Position numbers and translations under genes: made by a program
Notes under the pieces: model-generated
Seen by the model: the letters and a program-made list of their open reading frames with translations, nothing else
What the model was told of the DNA's origin: nothing
Databases searched by the model: none
Source of the DNA: Candidatus Paralachnospira avium
Lineage (GTDB): Bacteria > Bacillota > Clostridia > Lachnospirales > Lachnospiraceae
DNA: 64,000 bases
Reading direction: 5' to 3'
Assembly: GCA_904420245.1 (NCBI GenBank)
Contig: CAJFUL010000038.1
Location: 10,196 to 74,195 of the forward strand
Part shown: positions 37,404-46,314 of the stretch, in pieces
Position numbering within the stretch: the stretch's first letter is position 1
Layout: each line of letters begins with the position of its first letter

Positions 37404-38300
37404 ATGGAAATCAGGACAGCAAACGGAAAACATACATGGAAAAAAGAGTTTTTGGGAGGCTTTCTGGCGGATCTTCTGGGAGGCTTTTTATATGCCCTGG
37501 GCATCTGCTTTTTTGCCAAGAGCGGTAATTTCGCTCCGGGCGGGATCTCTGGCCTGGCGCTCATGCTGAACCACCTGCTGGACCTTCCCATCGGGCTCAT
37601 GACGCTGGTGATCAATATCCCGCTGGTGCTCCTCAGCTGGAGGATCGTGGGAAAGAAGTTCCTTTTGAAATCCTTTATCACCATGATCATCTGTACGGTC
37701 TTCGTGGATGTGGTCTTTCCGTATCTTCCGGTCTATTCCGGCAGCGGGATCCTGGCGGCGCTGTATTCGGGCGTGTGCCTGGGAGCGGGGATGGCCCTCT
37801 TCTATATGCACGGTTCTTCGTCGGGGGGAGCGGATTTTCTGATCGTGTCCATCAAGGTCCTGCGTCCCCATCTGTCCATCGGTATGGTGACTCTGGCCAT
37901 TGACCTGGTGGTGATCCTGCTGGGCTGGCCGGTGTTCGGAAGTCTGGATGCGGTGCTGTACGGTCTGTTGTCCACCATGGCGGCGTCCGCGGTCATCGAT
38001 AAGATCATGTACGGGATCGGGGCGGGCAAGCTGGTCATCATCATTTCCAATCATGGAAAGGCCATCGCTTCCGGCATCGCGGAGGAATTTGACAGAGGCT
38101 CCACCATGATCCGGGCTATGGGCACATATACCAACGAGGAGAGGGGCGTGCTCCTGTGCGCCTGTTCCCAGGTGGAGGCTTACAAGGTCCGCCAGCTGGT
38201 GAACCATATCGACGGGGAGGCTTTTGTGATGATCACGGAGACCAGCGAGGTTTTCGGAGAGGGCTTCAAGGCACTGGACGGGAAGAAGGACGTGCTGTAA
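37404..38300 (+). CDS. YitT family membrane protein
   Basis: APGGISG, INIPL, SSGGAD, C-terminal DUF2179 (G.Y...R...IDGEAFV...EVFGEGF). Confidence 0.9.
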   Translation: MEIRTANGKHTWKKEFLGGFLADLLGGFLYALGICFFAKSGNFAPGGISGLALMLNHLLDLPIGLMTLVINIPLVLLSWRIVGKKFLLKSFITMIICTVFVDVVFPYLPVYSGSGILAALYSGVCLGAGMALFYMHGSSSGGADFLIVSIKVLRPHLSIGMVTLAIDLVVILLGWPVFGSLDAVLYGLLSTMAASAVIDKIMYGIGAGKLVIIISNHGKAIASGIAEEFDRGSTMIRAMGTYTNEERGVLLCACSQVEAYKVRQLVNHIDGEAFVMITETSEVFGEGFKALDGKKDVL

Positions 38301-38393
38301 ATCCGGGGACATATTGATTTTTTCCTGTGAATCAAGTACAATAAGGCATTGAAAGAATGTAAACAAAAATGCATGGGAAGTTGACGGTGACAA

Positions 38394-39251
38394 ATGGGGA
38401 TCATAAAGACAGAGGATTTGACCTACAACTATATCAGGCTGGATGAGGACGATAAGATCCGGGAAGTAAACGAGGCGGTCAAGGATGTGAACATCGATAT
38501 CCGGCAGGGGGAGTTCGTGGCGGTCCTGGGCCACAACGGCTCCGGCAAATCCACCCTGGCCAAGCATATGAACGCCCTTCTTCTGCCCTCCGAGGGAACG
38601 GTCTGGATCGACGGCAGGGACAGCAAGGACGGGGACGCCCTTCTGGCCATCCGCCAGACCGCGGGAATGGTCTTCCAGAATCCGGACAACCAGATCGTGG
38701 CCAGCGTGGTGGAAGAGGACGTAGGCTTTGGACCTGAGAATATGGGAGTTCCCACCGAGGAGATCTGGAAACGGGTGGATTCCTGCCTGGAGGCGGTGGG
38801 AATGTCGGCGTACAGGAGCAGCTCTCCCAACCGGCTTTCCGGCGGACAGAAGCAGCGGGTAGCCATCGCGGGCGTCATGGCCATGGAACCGAAATGCATC
38901 GTGCTGGACGAGCCCACGGCCATGCTGGATCCGGGCGGCCGCAGGGAAGTGCTCCGCACGGTGCGGGAATTGAATGAGAAAAAAGGAATTACGATCATCC
39001 TGATCACTCATTATATGGAAGAGGTGATCCATGCCGACCGGATCTATGTGATGGATCAGGGACAGGTGGCCATGGAAGGGACTCCGGAGGAGATCTTCAG
39101 CCAGGTGGAGAAGCTCAAAGAGCTGAGGCTGGACGTGCCCCAAGTCACGGAGCTGGCCCATGAGCTCCGGAAAAAAGGCGTGCCTCTCTCTCCCTGTATT
39201 TTGGATGAGAAACAGTTCGTAAAAGAGATCCTGGAAGCGAGGGCACGGTAA
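38394..39251 (+). CDS. ecfA1: ECF transporter ATPase A
   Basis: GHNGSGKST, VFQNPDNQ, LSGGQKQR, DEPTAMLD. Confidence 0.95.
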   Translation: MGIIKTEDLTYNYIRLDEDDKIREVNEAVKDVNIDIRQGEFVAVLGHNGSGKSTLAKHMNALLLPSEGTVWIDGRDSKDGDALLAIRQTAGMVFQNPDNQIVASVVEEDVGFGPENMGVPTEEIWKRVDSCLEAVGMSAYRSSSPNRLSGGQKQRVAIAGVMAMEPKCIVLDEPTAMLDPGGRREVLRTVRELNEKKGITIILITHYMEEVIHADRIYVMDQGQVAMEGTPEEIFSQVEKLKELRLDVPQVTELAHELRKKGVPLSPCILDEKQFVKEILEARAR

Positions 39252-40111
39252 TGGCGATCAGACTGGAGCATGTGGAATACAAATACAGCGAGGGAACGCC
39301 CATGGAGACGGAAGCCCTCCATGACGTGAGCCTGGAGATCCGGGACGGAGAGTTCATCGGCCTCATCGGCCACACCGGTTCGGGAAAATCCACCCTGATC
39401 CAGCATCTCAACGGGCTTATGCGGGCCACCGGCGGGGATATTCTCTACAATGGAGAGAGCATTTACCGGGAAGGGTTTTCTATGAAGGAGCTGCGCAGAC
39501 ATGTGGGGCTGGTGTTCCAGTATCCCGAATACCAGCTTTTTGAGACGGATGTGTTCTCGGATGTGTGCTTCGGCCCCAAGAACCAGGGGCTTTCTGAGGA
39601 AGAGATCCGCGCCAGGGCGAAGGAGGCTCTGGAGCTGGTGGGCATGGGAGAGGAGTATTACAAACGGTCTCCCTTCGAGCTTTCGGGAGGACAGAAGCGG
39701 CGGGCCGCCATCGCCGGCGTGCTGGCCATGAAGCCGGAGGTGCTGATCCTGGATGAGCCCACGGCGGGGCTGGACCCCAGAGGCCGGGACGAGATCCTGG
39801 GCCAGATCGCCAGGCTCCATAAGGAGCAGGGCATCACCGTGATCTTGGTTTCTCACAGCATGGAAGACGTGGCTTCCTATGTGGACCGGATCCTGGTGAT
39901 GGACCACGGCAGGCTCCGGTTTGACGATACGCCGCGGCGCGTATTCGCCCATTGCAGGGAGCTGGAGAAGATCGGTCTGGCGGCTCCCCGGGTGACGTAT
40001 ATCGCCCATGCCCTGGCGGAAGCGGGATTTCCCATGAAGACAGATGTGATCACGGTGGCGGAGGCGGAAGAAGCTATTCTCTGCACTCTTGCCGCGGAAC
40101 AAGGAAAGTGA
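39251..40111 (+). CDS. ecfA2: ECF transporter ATPase A'
   Basis: GHTGSGKST, VFQYPEYQLFE, SPFELSGGQKRR. Confidence 0.95.
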   Translation: MAIRLEHVEYKYSEGTPMETEALHDVSLEIRDGEFIGLIGHTGSGKSTLIQHLNGLMRATGGDILYNGESIYREGFSMKELRRHVGLVFQYPEYQLFETDVFSDVCFGPKNQGLSEEEIRARAKEALELVGMGEEYYKRSPFELSGGQKRRAAIAGVLAMKPEVLILDEPTAGLDPRGRDEILGQIARLHKEQGITVILVSHSMEDVASYVDRILVMDHGRLRFDDTPRRVFAHCRELEKIGLAAPRVTYIAHALAEAGFPMKTDVITVAEAEEAILCTLAAEQGK

Positions 40112-40123
40112 GAAAACGACCTC

Positions 40124-40924
40124 ATGATGCGAGATATTACATTGGGCCAGTATTATCCGGTGCAGTCGCCGGTCCATAAACTGGACCCCAGGACAAAGCT
40201 TTTCGGGACCCTGGTCCTGATCGTGGCTCTTTTCGTGGCGGACAATCTGTTCTGCTATCTTCTGGCGGCGGCGGCAGTCTTCGGGATCATCGCCGTCTCC
40301 AAGGTGCCGGTGAAGCATATCCTGAAGGGGCTGAAGCCGGTGATCTTCCTGCTGCTGTTCAGCGTGATCTTCAACTTGTTTTTGACTGACGGCCGCGTGC
40401 TGGTGCAGTTCTGGATCTTCCGGATCACCTGGGAGGGCATCGTGCGTTCCGTGCTGATGGCAGTGCGCCTGATCTTCCTGGTGATGGGAACGTCTCTTTT
40501 GACCTTTACCACCACGCCCAACCAGCTTACGGACGGGCTGGAAAAGGGGCTGCGGTTTTTGAAGGTGGTCCGGGTCCCGGTCCATGAGTTTGCCATGATG
40601 ATGTCCATCGCGCTCCGGTTCATCCCCATCTTGGTGGAGGAGACGGACCGCATCATGAAGGCTCAGACGGCCAGGGGAGCGGATTTTGAGAGCGGCGGCC
40701 TCATCCGGAAGGCCAAGGCGCTGATCCCTCTGCTGGTGCCGCTGTTTATTTCCGCCTTCCGGCGGGCCTCGGATCTGGCCATGGCCATGGAGGCCAGATG
40801 CTATCACGGCGGAGACGGCAGGACGAAGATGAAACCCCTCAGATACCGGACGGCGGACCGGGCGGCCTATGGACTCATGTTCCTTTTCCTGGCGGCCGAT
40901 GTGGCCCTCCGGATCCTGCTATGA
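40124..40924 (+). CDS. ecfT: ECF transporter T component
   Basis: LDPRTK, IALRFIP, AQTARG, AMEARCY. Confidence 0.95.
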   Translation: MMRDITLGQYYPVQSPVHKLDPRTKLFGTLVLIVALFVADNLFCYLLAAAAVFGIIAVSKVPVKHILKGLKPVIFLLLFSVIFNLFLTDGRVLVQFWIFRITWEGIVRSVLMAVRLIFLVMGTSLLTFTTTPNQLTDGLEKGLRFLKVVRVPVHEFAMMMSIALRFIPILVEETDRIMKAQTARGADFESGGLIRKAKALIPLLVPLFISAFRRASDLAMAMEARCYHGGDGRTKMKPLRYRTADRAAYGLMFLFLAADVALRILL

Positions 40925-40938
40925 CGGAGGGAGGAGCG

Positions 40939-41916
40939 ATGAAGAGGATCAAGCTGGTGGTGGCCTATGACGGGACGGATTACTGCGGATGGCAGATCCA
41001 GGAGAACGGGCCCACCATAGAAGAAAAGCTGAACAAGGCTCTTTCCCGGCTGACGGGGGAGGAGATCCATGTGCAGGGGGCCAGCAGGACCGATGCCGGC
41101 GTCCATGCCCTGGGGAACATCGCCGTATTTGATACGGAGTCCAGGATCCCTCCGGAGAAATTTTGCTACGCGGTCAACGGATGGCTGCCGGATGACATCG
41201 TGGTGCAGTCGTCCCAGGAGGTTTCCCCGTCCTATCACCCCAGGAAATGCAATTCCCTTAAGACGTATGAATATAAGATCCTGAACCGGCCCTTCCCGGA
41301 TCCCACCAGGCGGCTCACCTGCTGTTTCCGCCACTGGCCCCTGGATGCAGGACAGATGGAGAAGGCTGCTTCGTATCTTGTGGGCGAGCACGATTTTTCC
41401 AGCTTCTGCTCAGCCGGGAGCCAGGTGGAGGATACGGTGCGCAGGCTCCATGAGGTCTCTGTGGAGAAGGAAGGGGATATGATCACCATCCGGCTGACAG
41501 GAGACGGTTTTCTTTATAATATGGTGAGGATCATAGCCGGGACGCTGATGGAAGTGGGCCGGGGAGCTTATCCGCCGGAGCAGGTGGAAGAGATCTTAAA
41601 CGGCAGGGACAGGCGGCTGGCCGGGCCAAAGGCTCCGGCGGAGGGACTGACGCTGGTATCCATCCGTCATATCGGAGCCCTTCCGGTGACGGAGAGCTCC
41701 TGCAATAAATGGATCGACTATACGGTGGACCGCTCCAGGCTGGAAACAGATAAGGTGGTGGCCATGGAAATCCGCCGCTGCGAGGCTTCGGAACGGGAGC
41801 GGATGATCAAGAGGACGGCGAAGCATGCTTTCTGGGACGGAGCGCAGGAGCTTCTGGTCCGGGAAGACGGCCGGGAGGAAATTTTTCGCCGGAAAACCAT
41901 TGACACACCCGAATGA
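40939..41916 (+). CDS. truA: tRNA pseudouridine(38-40) synthase with C-terminal extension
   Basis: AYDGTDYCGWQ, SRTDAGVHA, GEHDFSSF, FLYNMVRII, APAEGL; ATG 40939. Confidence 0.95.
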   Translation: MKRIKLVVAYDGTDYCGWQIQENGPTIEEKLNKALSRLTGEEIHVQGASRTDAGVHALGNIAVFDTESRIPPEKFCYAVNGWLPDDIVVQSSQEVSPSYHPRKCNSLKTYEYKILNRPFPDPTRRLTCCFRHWPLDAGQMEKAASYLVGEHDFSSFCSAGSQVEDTVRRLHEVSVEKEGDMITIRLTGDGFLYNMVRIIAGTLMEVGRGAYPPEQVEEILNGRDRRLAGPKAPAEGLTLVSIRHIGALPVTESSCNKWIDYTVDRSRLETDKVVAMEIRRCEASERERMIKRTAKHAFWDGAQELLVREDGREEIFRRKTIDTPE

Positions 41917-41928
41917 GTATACTATAAT
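41900..41928 (+). promoter_or_regulatory. sigma-A promoter of rplM-rpsI
   Basis: TTGACA-17-TATAAT. Confidence 0.85.
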
Positions 41929-41944
41929 ATAAAGGCTGTGAAGC

Positions 41945-42010
41945 AGTCTATTGATTGGCAGGCAAGGATGCCATAGCCCCGGAATCCGGGACCTGCCCTT
42001 GATATAGAGA
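41945..42010 (+). promoter_or_regulatory. putative L13 leader (ribosomal protein autoregulatory RNA)
   Basis: Nested hairpin GGCAGG/CCTGCC with CCCGGA/TCCGGG in the rplM 5' UTR; called on position, not by covariance model. Confidence 0.45.
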
Positions 42011-42059
42011 AGAGAGCAGATAGATTTGTTGAAAGGTGAAATCCAAGGAGGTCAAACCA

Positions 42060-42488
42060 ATGAAAACATTTATGGCTAGCCCGTCAACCATCGAGAGAAA
42101 ATGGTATGTAGTTGACGCTTCCGCATATACATTAGGACGTCTGGCATCAGAGGTTGCTGCTGTCCTTCGAGGCAAGAACAAGCCCACGTTCACACCTCAT
42201 ATGGATACCGGTGATTTCGTGATCGTCGTAAACGCTGACAAGGTAAAGGTTACCGGCAAGAAGCTGGAACAGAAAGTATATTATCATCATTCCGATTATG
42301 TGGGCGGTATGAAAGAGACCACTCTGAAGGAAATGATGGCAAAGAAACCGGAGAAAGTCGTTGAGCTGGCTGTTAAGGGTATGCTCCCCAAGGGACCTTT
42401 AGGCAGAGAAATGTATCGCAAGCTTCATGTGTACGCTGGTCCTGACCACAAGCATCAGGCACAGAAACCGGAAGTTCTGACATTTTAA
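42060..42488 (+). CDS. rplM: 50S ribosomal protein L13
   Basis: RKWYVVDA...LGRLAS...KPTFTPH.DTGD; ATG 42060 follows AAGGAGG. Confidence 0.98.
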   Translation: MKTFMASPSTIERKWYVVDASAYTLGRLASEVAAVLRGKNKPTFTPHMDTGDFVIVVNADKVKVTGKKLEQKVYYHHSDYVGGMKETTLKEMMAKKPEKVVELAVKGMLPKGPLGREMYRKLHVYAGPDHKHQAQKPEVLTF

Positions 42489-42517
42489 GGAAAAGGTACT
42501 GAAAGGAGGAAATTACA

Positions 42518-42910
42518 GTGGCTAATTCAAAATTCTACGGAACAGGCAGAAGAAAGAAATCCATCGCAAGAGTTTACCTGGTACCCGGTACCGGCAAGAT
42601 CACCATAAACAAGAGAGATATTGATGAGTATTTTGGTCTTGAGACCCTGAAGGTCGTAGTCCGTCAGCCCTTCGCTGCCACCGGCACAGAAGGCAAGTTC
42701 GACGTTCTGGTCAACGTCCACGGCGGCGGTTTCACCGGCCAGGCAGGCGCTGTGCGCCACGGTATCTCCCGCGCCCTGCTCCAGGCAGACGCTGAGTACC
42801 GTCCGGCTCTGAAGAAGGCCGGCTATCTCACCAGAGACCCTCGTATGAAGGAAAGAAAGAAGTACGGTCTCAAAGCCGCTCGTCGCGCGCCTCAGTTCTC
42901 CAAGAGGTAA
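42518..42910 (+). CDS. rpsI: 30S ribosomal protein S9
   Basis: [35 protein letters not shown]. Confidence 0.98.
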   Translation: MANSKFYGTGRRKKSIARVYLVPGTGKITINKRDIDEYFGLETLKVVVRQPFAATGTEGKFDVLVNVHGGGFTGQAGAVRHGISRALLQADAEYRPALKKAGYLTRDPRMKERKKYGLKAARRAPQFSKR

Positions 42911-42944
42911 TCGGCTGCTCCGGCTGCAGGTTTTCAGACAGGAT

Positions 42945-42974
42945 CGCCCGCACAGAAAATGTGCGGGCGTTTTT
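42945..42974 (+). terminator. Rho-independent terminator
   Basis: CGCCCGCACA-gaaaa-TGTGCGGGCG-TTTTT. Confidence 0.88.
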
Positions 42975-43027
42975 GCGCTCTATAAGAAACCTCATTTCCA
43001 CAGAGTCAAAACACTCTGTGGGACCTG
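42971..43027 (+). repeat. dispersed palindromic intergenic repeat, copy C
   Basis: TTTTGCGCTCTATAAGAAACCTCATTTCCACAGAGTCAAAACACTCTGTGGGACCTG. Confidence 0.75.
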
Positions 43028-43154
43028 GCGGGTGGAGACCTGCTCGGAAAAGCCATTTTTGCCTCGAGGGAGGAACTCCGAAGGCGCGGCCGGCGGGGAA
43101 AGCGGGTGCCTGCGCGGGGCACTTCCGGAAAAAATTCCTCAAAATTAAAAAACC

Positions 43155-43182
43155 TGCCACTTTTTTTGGAAAATGGTGTCTA
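43155..43182 (+). promoter_or_regulatory. putative autoregulated ECF-sigma promoter
   Basis: TGCCAC-16-TGTCTA with T-rich spacer, resembling TG(A/C)AAC...CGTC ECF promoters. Confidence 0.4.
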
Positions 43183-43215
43183 TATAAGTGACGGCAGATA
43201 CGAAAGGAGCAGCAC

Positions 43216-43776
43216 GTGGAGGATCAGCAGATCGTGGAGCTATACTGGCAGAGAGACGAACGGGCCATACAGGAAACGGCCGAAAAATACGGGGCCTACT
43301 GCCGGAAGATTTCGATGAATATCTTGAATAACCGGGATGACAGTGACGAGAATGTAAATGATACGTATCTCCGGGCGTGGCGCAGCATCCCTCCGGTGCG
43401 TCCTGTCTCTTTGATGGCGTTTCTGGCCAAGATCGCCAGGAATCTGGCGCTGAACCGGTATAAGGCCCGCCATGCCCAAAAAAGGGAAGGAGATTCCTTT
43501 GCCCTCTCGCTGGAAGAGCTCGACGACTGCACGCCGGCGGCTTTTCAGGTGGAGAATCAGGCGGAGGAGGCCGAGCTGGGGAGATGCATCAGCGATTTTC
43601 TCAGGGGCCAGCCGGCCGACAGGCGGAATGTATTCCTGTGCCGGTATTTCTACGGGGAGAGCATCGAAGAGATCGGCAGGCGGTTCGGGTTCAGCCAGAG
43701 CAAGGTGAAGACCATGCTCATGCGCACCAGACGGCTTCTGCGGGAACGGCTTGAGAAGGAGGGCTACTGGATATGA
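43216..43776 (+). CDS. ECF RNA polymerase sigma factor
   Basis: Region 2 (DSDENVNDTYLRAW...IARNLALN) and region 4 (YGESIEEIG...VKTML.RTR). Confidence 0.92.
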   Translation: MEDQQIVELYWQRDERAIQETAEKYGAYCRKISMNILNNRDDSDENVNDTYLRAWRSIPPVRPVSLMAFLAKIARNLALNRYKARHAQKREGDSFALSLEELDDCTPAAFQVENQAEEAELGRCISDFLRGQPADRRNVFLCRYFYGESIEEIGRRFGFSQSKVKTMLMRTRRLLRERLEKEGYWI

Positions 43777-44309
43777 GGAATGAAGGGATGGCGAGGGCCA
43801 TAGGCCGGGTGGATCCGGATCTGATCGAGGAGGCGGGAAAGGCCGGAAAGAAATCCCGCGGATTTTCCGGAGGCCGGCTCTGGGGAGGACTGGCGGCGGC
43901 TGCCGCGGCTCTGGTGCTCCTGACGGCGGGGCTTTTGGGGACATTCCGCCGGGAGGTTTCGGTCCTGCTCTACGGGCAGGAGCTGACTTCAGATCCTGCA
44001 GCGCTGGCAATGCCCATGACGGCCGCCGCCGAGAGGAGCCCATTGGAGAAGATCACCGTGCCTCTCCAGGTGGAGACAGAAAGAGAAGTGACGGCGGAGG
44101 CCGAAACGGGGACCCTGGAGATTTTAAGAGAAGGATCCGATGGACCGGAGAGCTCCGGGAAAAAACTGTCCTTTTCCGGAAAAGCAGAGCTGCTCTGGAC
44201 AGTGGAACAGCCGCAGCAGGAGGAAACGTACCTGCTGAGGATCGGAGATCTGGAGATCTGTCTTTCCTATTCTGCCGGAGACAGATCCTGGACAGTCATA
44301 AAAAGATAA
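43773..44309 (+). CDS. putative single-pass anti-sigma factor
   Basis: Overlaps the sigma stop codon; AIGRVDPDLIEEA N-terminus followed by a TM helix. Confidence 0.65.
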   Translation: MRNEGMARAIGRVDPDLIEEAGKAGKKSRGFSGGRLWGGLAAAAAALVLLTAGLLGTFRREVSVLLYGQELTSDPAALAMPMTAAAERSPLEKITVPLQVETEREVTAEAETGTLEILREGSDGPESSGKKLSFSGKAELLWTVEQPQQEETYLLRIGDLEICLSYSAGDRSWTVIKR

Positions 44310-44327
44310 GAAATGAGGAGATGAAAG

Positions 44328-44891
44328 ATGAAAAAAGTATTGGTCTTGATGATGGGAGCGGTCATGCTGCTGGCGCTGGCCGCCTGCGGTTCGGAGAAAC
44401 AGGAGGAATCCAACGGGATCACGGACTCTCTGGAACTTTTGAACACCGTATGGGAGAGCTGGCCGGAAGACGCGGTATTTCCGGCGGGAGGCGGCGACTC
44501 GGAGCAGTATGTGATGGAGGGCCCCGGAAAGTTTTCCGTGGAAGATCCGGAGATCCTGGACGGCGCCCTGGCTTTCCCCGCGGCGGAAGCGGATAAGATC
44601 GACGATGCCGCATCCCTGACCCATATGATGAATGCCAACACGTTTACCGGAGGAGCCTTCCGGATGAAGGATCCGAAGGATATGGAGGCTGTGGCCGGGG
44701 CGGTCAAGGAGAATCTGGACGGCCGCCAGTGGCTCTGCGGGTTCCCCCAGGAATATGTGATCGCTTCTGTGGACCAGTATCTGGTATACGCCTTCGGAAC
44801 GACGGAGAACGTGGCGGCTTTTAAAAGCCAGCTGAACGGAGCGTATAAAAACGTGAACGTTCTGTCAGAGGGACCGGTGTCGGCAGGCTGA
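44328..44891 (+). CDS. lipoprotein of the MBOAT operon
   Basis: Lipobox LAAC; located directly upstream of the MBOAT gene. Confidence 0.8.
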   Translation: MKKVLVLMMGAVMLLALAACGSEKQEESNGITDSLELLNTVWESWPEDAVFPAGGGDSEQYVMEGPGKFSVEDPEILDGALAFPAAEADKIDDAASLTHMMNANTFTGGAFRMKDPKDMEAVAGAVKENLDGRQWLCGFPQEYVIASVDQYLVYAFGTTENVAAFKSQLNGAYKNVNVLSEGPVSAG

Positions 44892-44901
44892 GGAGATCAT
44901 T

Positions 44902-46305
44902 ATGCTGTTTTCCAGTATCACATTTCTCTATTATTTTCTTCCCTGTGTCCTGATCCTGTACTTTGCCGTGCCGGGAAAATGGAGAAACGGTGTTCTTTTG
45001 GCGGGAAGCCTGTTCTTTTATGGATGGGGCGAGCCCAGATACCTGATCTTCATGGCGGTCTCCATCGTACAGGGGTATGTCCTGGGAAGGCTCATAGAAA
45101 AATACCGGGAGAGAAAGCGGACGGCCAGGGTATTCCTGGCCGTTTCGGCAGTCTTCTCCCTGGGGATCTTGGGCGTTTTCAAATACGCGGATTTTTTCCT
45201 GGAAAATCTGGGCAGGCTCACAGGTCTTTCCATTCCGCTGCTCAAGCTGACGCTCCCCATCGGGATCAGTTTCTATACGTTCCAGATGCTGAGCTATGTC
45301 ATCGATGTATACAGGCAGACGGTGCCGGCCCAGAAGAGTCTGATAGATCTGGCGGCCTATATCGCCATGTTTCCTCAGCTGATCGCGGGGCCCATCGTCC
45401 GGTACTCCGATCTGCGGGAAGAACTGAAAGAGCGGAGACACAGCCTGGATGGCGCCGCGGAGGGGATCCGGAGATTTGCGGTGGGGCTTTCCAAGAAGAT
45501 CCTCCTGGCCAATACTCTGGGAGAGCTGGTGCAGATCTATAAGGATACAGGGGAAAAGTCCGTGGTTTTTGTCTGGATGTACGTCCTGGCCTTTACTCTA
45601 CAGATCTATTTCGACTTTTCCGGATACAGCGATATGGCCATCGGCCTGGGAAAGATCTTTGGGTTTCACTTCCCGGAAAACTTCCGCTACCCTTATATAG
45701 CGGCCAGCATCCGGGATTTTTGGAGACGGTGGCACATATCCTTAAGCACCTGGTTCCGGGATTACCTCTATATTCCCCTGGGCGGAAACCGGGTCTCCAG
45801 GGGAAGATGGATCTTCAATATCCTGGTGGTGTGGATGGCCACCGGCCTGTGGCATGGGGCGGCCTGGAATTTTGTGGTTTGGGGACTGTTTTGGGGGCTG
45901 CTCCTGATCCTGGAGAGGTTCTGGCTGGGGAAATTTTTGGAAAACAGGAAATGGCTGGGGCATCTGTATGTGCCGGCGGCCGTGCTCCTGAGCTTTGTGG
46001 TCTTTGATGCCGCAAGCCTTGGGGAGGCGTTTCGGACCATGGGCTCTCTTTTGGGATTGGGCGGCCTTCCGGCGGCAGATCCCGTGAGCCTCTATTATCT
46101 GAGGAGCTACGGACCGGTGCTTTTGCTGGCGGCTGTGGGGACGACGCCTCTTCCGGCCATGGCCGTGGAGAAGCTTTCCGCATCGGCGGCCGGAGGATTT
46201 GTGGAGAGGGCGGTGAAGCCTGTGGCCGCAGTCCTGCTGCTTTTGGTCTGTACGGCGTTTTTGGTGGACGGTTCTTTCAATCCGTTCCTGTATTTCCGGT
46301 TTTAG
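44902..46305 (+). CDS. MBOAT family O-acyltransferase (AlgI/PatA/DltB-like)
   Basis: LPIGISFYTFQ, FPQLIAGPI, DFSGYSDMA, FWRRWHISL, GLWHGA, FLYFRF. Confidence 0.95.
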   Translation: MLFSSITFLYYFLPCVLILYFAVPGKWRNGVLLAGSLFFYGWGEPRYLIFMAVSIVQGYVLGRLIEKYRERKRTARVFLAVSAVFSLGILGVFKYADFFLENLGRLTGLSIPLLKLTLPIGISFYTFQMLSYVIDVYRQTVPAQKSLIDLAAYIAMFPQLIAGPIVRYSDLREELKERRHSLDGAAEGIRRFAVGLSKKILLANTLGELVQIYKDTGEKSVVFVWMYVLAFTLQIYFDFSGYSDMAIGLGKIFGFHFPENFRYPYIAASIRDFWRRWHISLSTWFRDYLYIPLGGNRVSRGRWIFNILVVWMATGLWHGAAWNFVVWGLFWGLLLILERFWLGKFLENRKWLGHLYVPAAVLLSFVVFDAASLGEAFRTMGSLLGLGGLPAADPVSLYYLRSYGPVLLLAAVGTTPLPAMAVEKLSASAAGGFVERAVKPVAAVLLLLVCTAFLVDGSFNPFLYFRF

Positions 46306-46314
46306 GAGGATGTT

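Noticed and set aside
26981-43027. CRISPR array from the palindromic repeats
   Set aside because: Copies are kilobases apart and degenerate, with no spacers or cas genes
42870-43215. Short ORFs between rpsI and the ECF sigma gene
   Set aside because: They run through the terminator and repeat copy C with no coding signal
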